DNA of 64,000 bases from Eledone cirrhosa (lineage: Eukaryota): positions 930,001 through 994,000 of the forward strand of contig CAXHJY010000928.1 in NCBI GenBank assembly GCA_964016885.1. The letters run 5' to 3'. How positions within the stretch are numbered: position 1 is the stretch's first letter; each line of letters begins with the position of its first letter. Positions 60,401 to 64,000 of the stretch are shown piece by piece. The translations under genes were made by a program, and so were the position numbers. The notes under the pieces were generated by a model that saw only the letters and a list, made by a program, of their open reading frames with translations, did not search any database and was not told the origin of the DNA.

Positions 60401-63400
60401 CCATACACATCACATGTCTATATCAACACAGTCTCCTCTCCTACACACTACATCTGATTCCTCTTATACCTAGTTTCTCTCTACATCCATACACATCACA
60501 TGTCTATACCAACACAGTTTCCTCTCCTACACACTACATCTGATTCCTCTTATACCTAGTTTCTCTCTCAGCTCATCCATACACATCACATGTCTATACC
60601 AACACAGTCTCTCCTCCTACATCTGATTCCTCTTATACCTAGTTTCTCTCTCAGTTCATCCATACACATCACATGTCTATACCAACAGTCTCCTCTCATA
60701 CACACTACATCTGATTTCTCTTATACCTAGTTTCTCTCTCAGTCCATCCATACACATCTCATGTCTATACCAACACAGTCTTCTCTCCTACACACTACAT
60801 CTGATTCCTCTTATACCTAGTTTCTCTCTCAGTCCATCCATACACATCACATGTCTATACCAACACAGTCTCTTCTCCTACACACTACATCTGATTCCTC
60901 TTATACCTAGTTTCTCTCAGTCCATCCATATACATCACATTTCTATACCAACACAGTCTCCTCTCCTACACACTACATCTGATTCCTCTTATACCTAGTT
61001 TCTCTCTCAGTCCATCCATACACATCACATAACTATACCAACACTGTCTCCTCTCCTATATCTGATTCCTCTTATACCTAGTTTCTCTCTCAGTTCATCC
61101 ATACACATCACATGTCTATACCAACAGTCTCCTCTCATACACACTACATCTGATTTCTCTTATACCTAGTTTCTCTCTCAGTCCATCCATACACATCTCA
61201 TGTCTATACCAACACAGTCTTCTCTCCTACACACTACATCTGATTCCTCTTATACCTAGTTTCTCTCCCAGTTCATCCATGCACATCACATGTCTATACC
61301 AACACAGTCTCCTCTCCTACACACTACATCTGATTCCTCTTATACCTAGTTTCTCTCTCCATCCATACACATCACATGTCTATACCAACACAGTCTCCTC
61401 TCCTACACACTATATCTGATTCCTCTCTTACCTAGTTTCTCTCTCCATCCATACTCATCACATGTCTATACCAACACAGTCTTCTCTCCTACACTCTACA
61501 TCTGATTCCTCTTATACCTAGTTTCTCTCTCCATCCATACACATCACATGTCTATACCAACACAGTCTCCTCTCCTACACACTACATCTGATTCCTCTTA
61601 TACCTAGTTTCTCTCTCAGTTCATCCATACACATCACATGTCTATGCCAACAGTCTCCTCTCCTACACCCTACATCTGATTCCTCTTATACCTAGTTTCT
61701 TTCTCCATCCATACACATCACATGTCTATACCAACACAGTTTTCTCTCCTACACACTACATCTGATTCCTCTTATACCTAGTTCCTCTCTCCATCCATAC
61801 ACATCACATGACTATACCAACACAGTCTCCTCTCCTACACACTACATCTGATTCCTCTCATACCTAGTTTCTCTCTCCATCCATACACATCACATGTCTA
61901 TACCAACACAGTCTCCTCTCCTACACACTACATCTGATTCCTCTCATACCTAGTTTCTCTCTCCATCCATACTCATCACATGACTATACCAACACAGTCT
62001 CCTCTCCTACACACTACCTCTGATTCCTCTTATACCTAGTTTCTCTCTCCATCCATACACATCACATGCCTATGCCAACACAGTCTCCTCTCCTACACAC
62101 TACATCTGATTCCTCTTATACCTAGTTTCTCTCTCCATCCATACACATCACATGTCTATACCAACAGTCTCCTCTCCTACACACTACATCTGATTCCTCT
62201 TATACCTGGTTTCTCTCCCAGTTCATCCATACCCATCACATGTCTATACCAACACAGTCTCCTCTCCTACACACTACATCTGATTCCTCTCATACCTAGT
62301 TTCTCTCTCCATCCATACACATCACATGTCTATACCAACAGTCTCCTCTCCTACACACTACATCTGATTCCTCTTATCCCTAGTTTCTCTCCCAGTTCAT
62401 CCATAGACATCACATGTCTATACCAACACAGTCTCCTCTCCTACACACTACATCTTATTCCTCTTATACCTGGTTTCTCTCCCAGGTCATCCATACCCAT
62501 CACATGTCTATACCAACACAGTCTTCTCTCCTACACACTACATCTGATTCCTCTTATACCTAGTTTCTCTCTCTATCCATACACATCACATGTCTATACC
62601 AACACAGTCTCCTCTCCTACACACTACATCTGATTCCTCTTATACCTAGTTTCTCTCTCCATCCATACACATCGCATGTCTATACCAACACAGTCTCCTC
62701 TCCTACACTCTACATCTGATTCCTCTTATACCTAGTTTCTCTCCCAGTTCATTCATACACATCACATGTCTATACCAACACAGTCTCCTCTCCTACACAC
62801 TACATCTGATTCCTCTAATACCTAGTTTCTCTCTCAGTTCATCCATACACATCACATGTCTATACCAACACAGTCTCCTCTCCTACACACTACATCTGAT
62901 TCCTCTCATACCTAGTTTCTCTCTCCATCCATACACATCACATGTCTATACCAACACAGTCTCCTCTCCTACACACTACATCTGATTCCTCTTATACCTA
63001 GTTTCTCTCCCAGTTCATTCATACACATCACATGTCTATACCAACACAGTCTCCTCTCCTACACACTACATCTGATTCCTCTAATACCTAGTTTCTCTCT
63101 CAGTTCATCCATACACATCACATGTCTATACCAACACAGTCTCCTCTCCTACACACTACATCTGATTCCTCTTATACCTAGTTTCTCTGTCAGTCCATCC
63201 AGACACATCACATGTCTCTACCAACACAGTCCCCTCTCCTACACACTACATCTGATTCCTCTTATACCTAGTTTCTCTCTCCATCCATACACATCACATG
63301 ACTATACCAACATAGTCTCCTCTCCTACACACTACATCTGATTCCTCTCGTACCTAGTTTCTCTCTCCATCCATATACATCACATGTCTATACCAACACA

Positions 63401-64000
63401 GTCTCCCCTCCTACACACTACATCTGATTCCTCTCATACCTAGTTTCTCTCTCAGTTCATCCATACACATCACATAACTATACCAACACAGTCTCCCATC
63501 CTACATCTGATTTCTCTTAAACCTAGTTTCCCTCTCAGTCCATCCATACACATCACATGTCTATACCAACACAGTCTCCCCTCCTACATCTGATTCCTCT
63601 TATACCTAGTTTCTCTCTCAGTTCATCCATACACATCACATGTCTATACCAACAGTCTCCTCTCATACACACTACATCTGATTTCTCTTATACCTAGTTT
63701 CTCTCTCAGTCCATCCATACACATCTCATGTCTATACCAACACAGTCTTCTCTCCTACACACTACATCTGATTCCTCTTATACCTAGTTTCTCTCTCAGT
63801 CCATCCATACACATCACATAACTATACCAACACTGTCTCCTCTCCTATATCTGATTCCTCTTATACCTAGTTTCTCTCTCAGTTCATCCATACACATCAC
63901 ATGTCTATACCAACAGTCTCCTCTCCTACACACTACATCTGATTCCTCTTATACCTAGTTTCTCTCTCAGTCCATCCATACACATCACATAACTATACCA
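51400..64000 (+). repeat. Satellite domain III
   Basis: Markers are CATGACTATACC, TACCTGGTTT with CATACCCATC, CATACTCATC, CATCTCATG and CTCTACATCC. CATCGCATG is nearly absent (seen near 53083 and 62672). Confidence 0.8.
53221..62634 (+). repeat. Higher-order repeat array: four copies of a 28-monomer, 2440-bp unit with deletion variants
   Basis: CTCTACATCC lies at 53421, 55861, 58213 and 60479, and GGTCATCC at 55511, 57863, 60129 and 62485. The periods are 2440, 2352, 2266 and 2356 bp. I counted 28 monomers between 53400 and 55840. Confidence 0.93.

Larger units (their letters stand above)
1..64000 (+). repeat. Tandem satellite DNA array, 90-bp consensus monomer (79-91 bp variants), ~730 copies, single orientation, continues beyond both window edges
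   Basis: Bases 1-90, 91-180, 181-270 and 271-360 are near-identical units. The unit CATCTGATTCCTCTTATACCTAGTTTCTCT...CATCCATACACATCACATGTCTATACCAACACAGTCTCCTCTCCTAC recurs without interruption to the last base. No reverse-complement copies or foreign sequence were seen. Confidence 0.99.

Noticed and set aside
1-64000. Many variants are synonymous in the open frame (CTT/CTC/CTA/CTG, ACA/ACT/ACG/ACC, ATT/ATC/ATA)
   Set aside because: Non-synonymous and nonsense variants are more numerous. A rough tally looks compatible with neutral expectation for Leu/Ser-rich codons. A formal dN/dS across all three frames would settle it.
1-64000. CRISPR array or variable-cassette diversity system
   Set aside because: There are no unique spacers and no cas, recombinase or reverse transcriptase genes. 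The entire unit is repeated, with shared low-level variants.
1-64000. Rolling-circle or sequencing concatemer artefact of one small template
   Set aside because: Variants recur in ordered, nested haplotypes at multi-kb offsets, which is not the pattern of random read error. Local misassembly of near-identical blocks cannot be excluded.
1-64000. G-quadruplex or canonical telomere repeat on the G-rich strand
   Set aside because: The consensus - strand has only GG runs, with GGG or GGGG in isolated variants. There are no tandem TTAGGG, TTAGG or TTTAGGG units.

Overview
The whole 64-kb window is one uninterrupted head-to-tail tandem satellite array of roughly 730 monomers (64,000 / ~87.5 bp), all in the same orientation. 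I see no unique sequence, genes, RNA genes, transposon insertions or CRISPR spacers. The consensus monomer is 90 bp: ACACTACATCTGATTCCTCTTATACCTAGTTTCTCTCTCAGT(T/C)CATCCATACACATCACATGTCTATACCAACACAGTCTCCTCTCCTAC. It is 41% GC, has 5 G against 32 C on the + strand, and contains no CpG. Recurrent length variants are 86, 88, 83, 84, 79 and 91 bp. All listed ORFs are by-products of the 90-bp unit being stop-free in one frame. Diagnostic substitutions show a layered architecture. Domain I (~1-24 kb) is a mosaic of cassettes with a ~14.2-14.9 kb-spaced duplication. Domain II (~24-51 kb) is built on a 176-bp 86+90 dimer with 1.7-4 kb higher-order units. Domain III (~51-64 kb) holds a clean 28-monomer, 2440-bp higher-order repeat (HOR) in four copies. 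Domains I and III share rare markers that I could not find in domain II, which suggests a younger central expansion inside an older array. This is probably eukaryotic heterochromatic, centromeric or subtelomeric satellite DNA. I do not recognise the family or the organism, and the sequence does not support a novel protein-coding system. Marker positions were read by eye and should be confirmed computationally.
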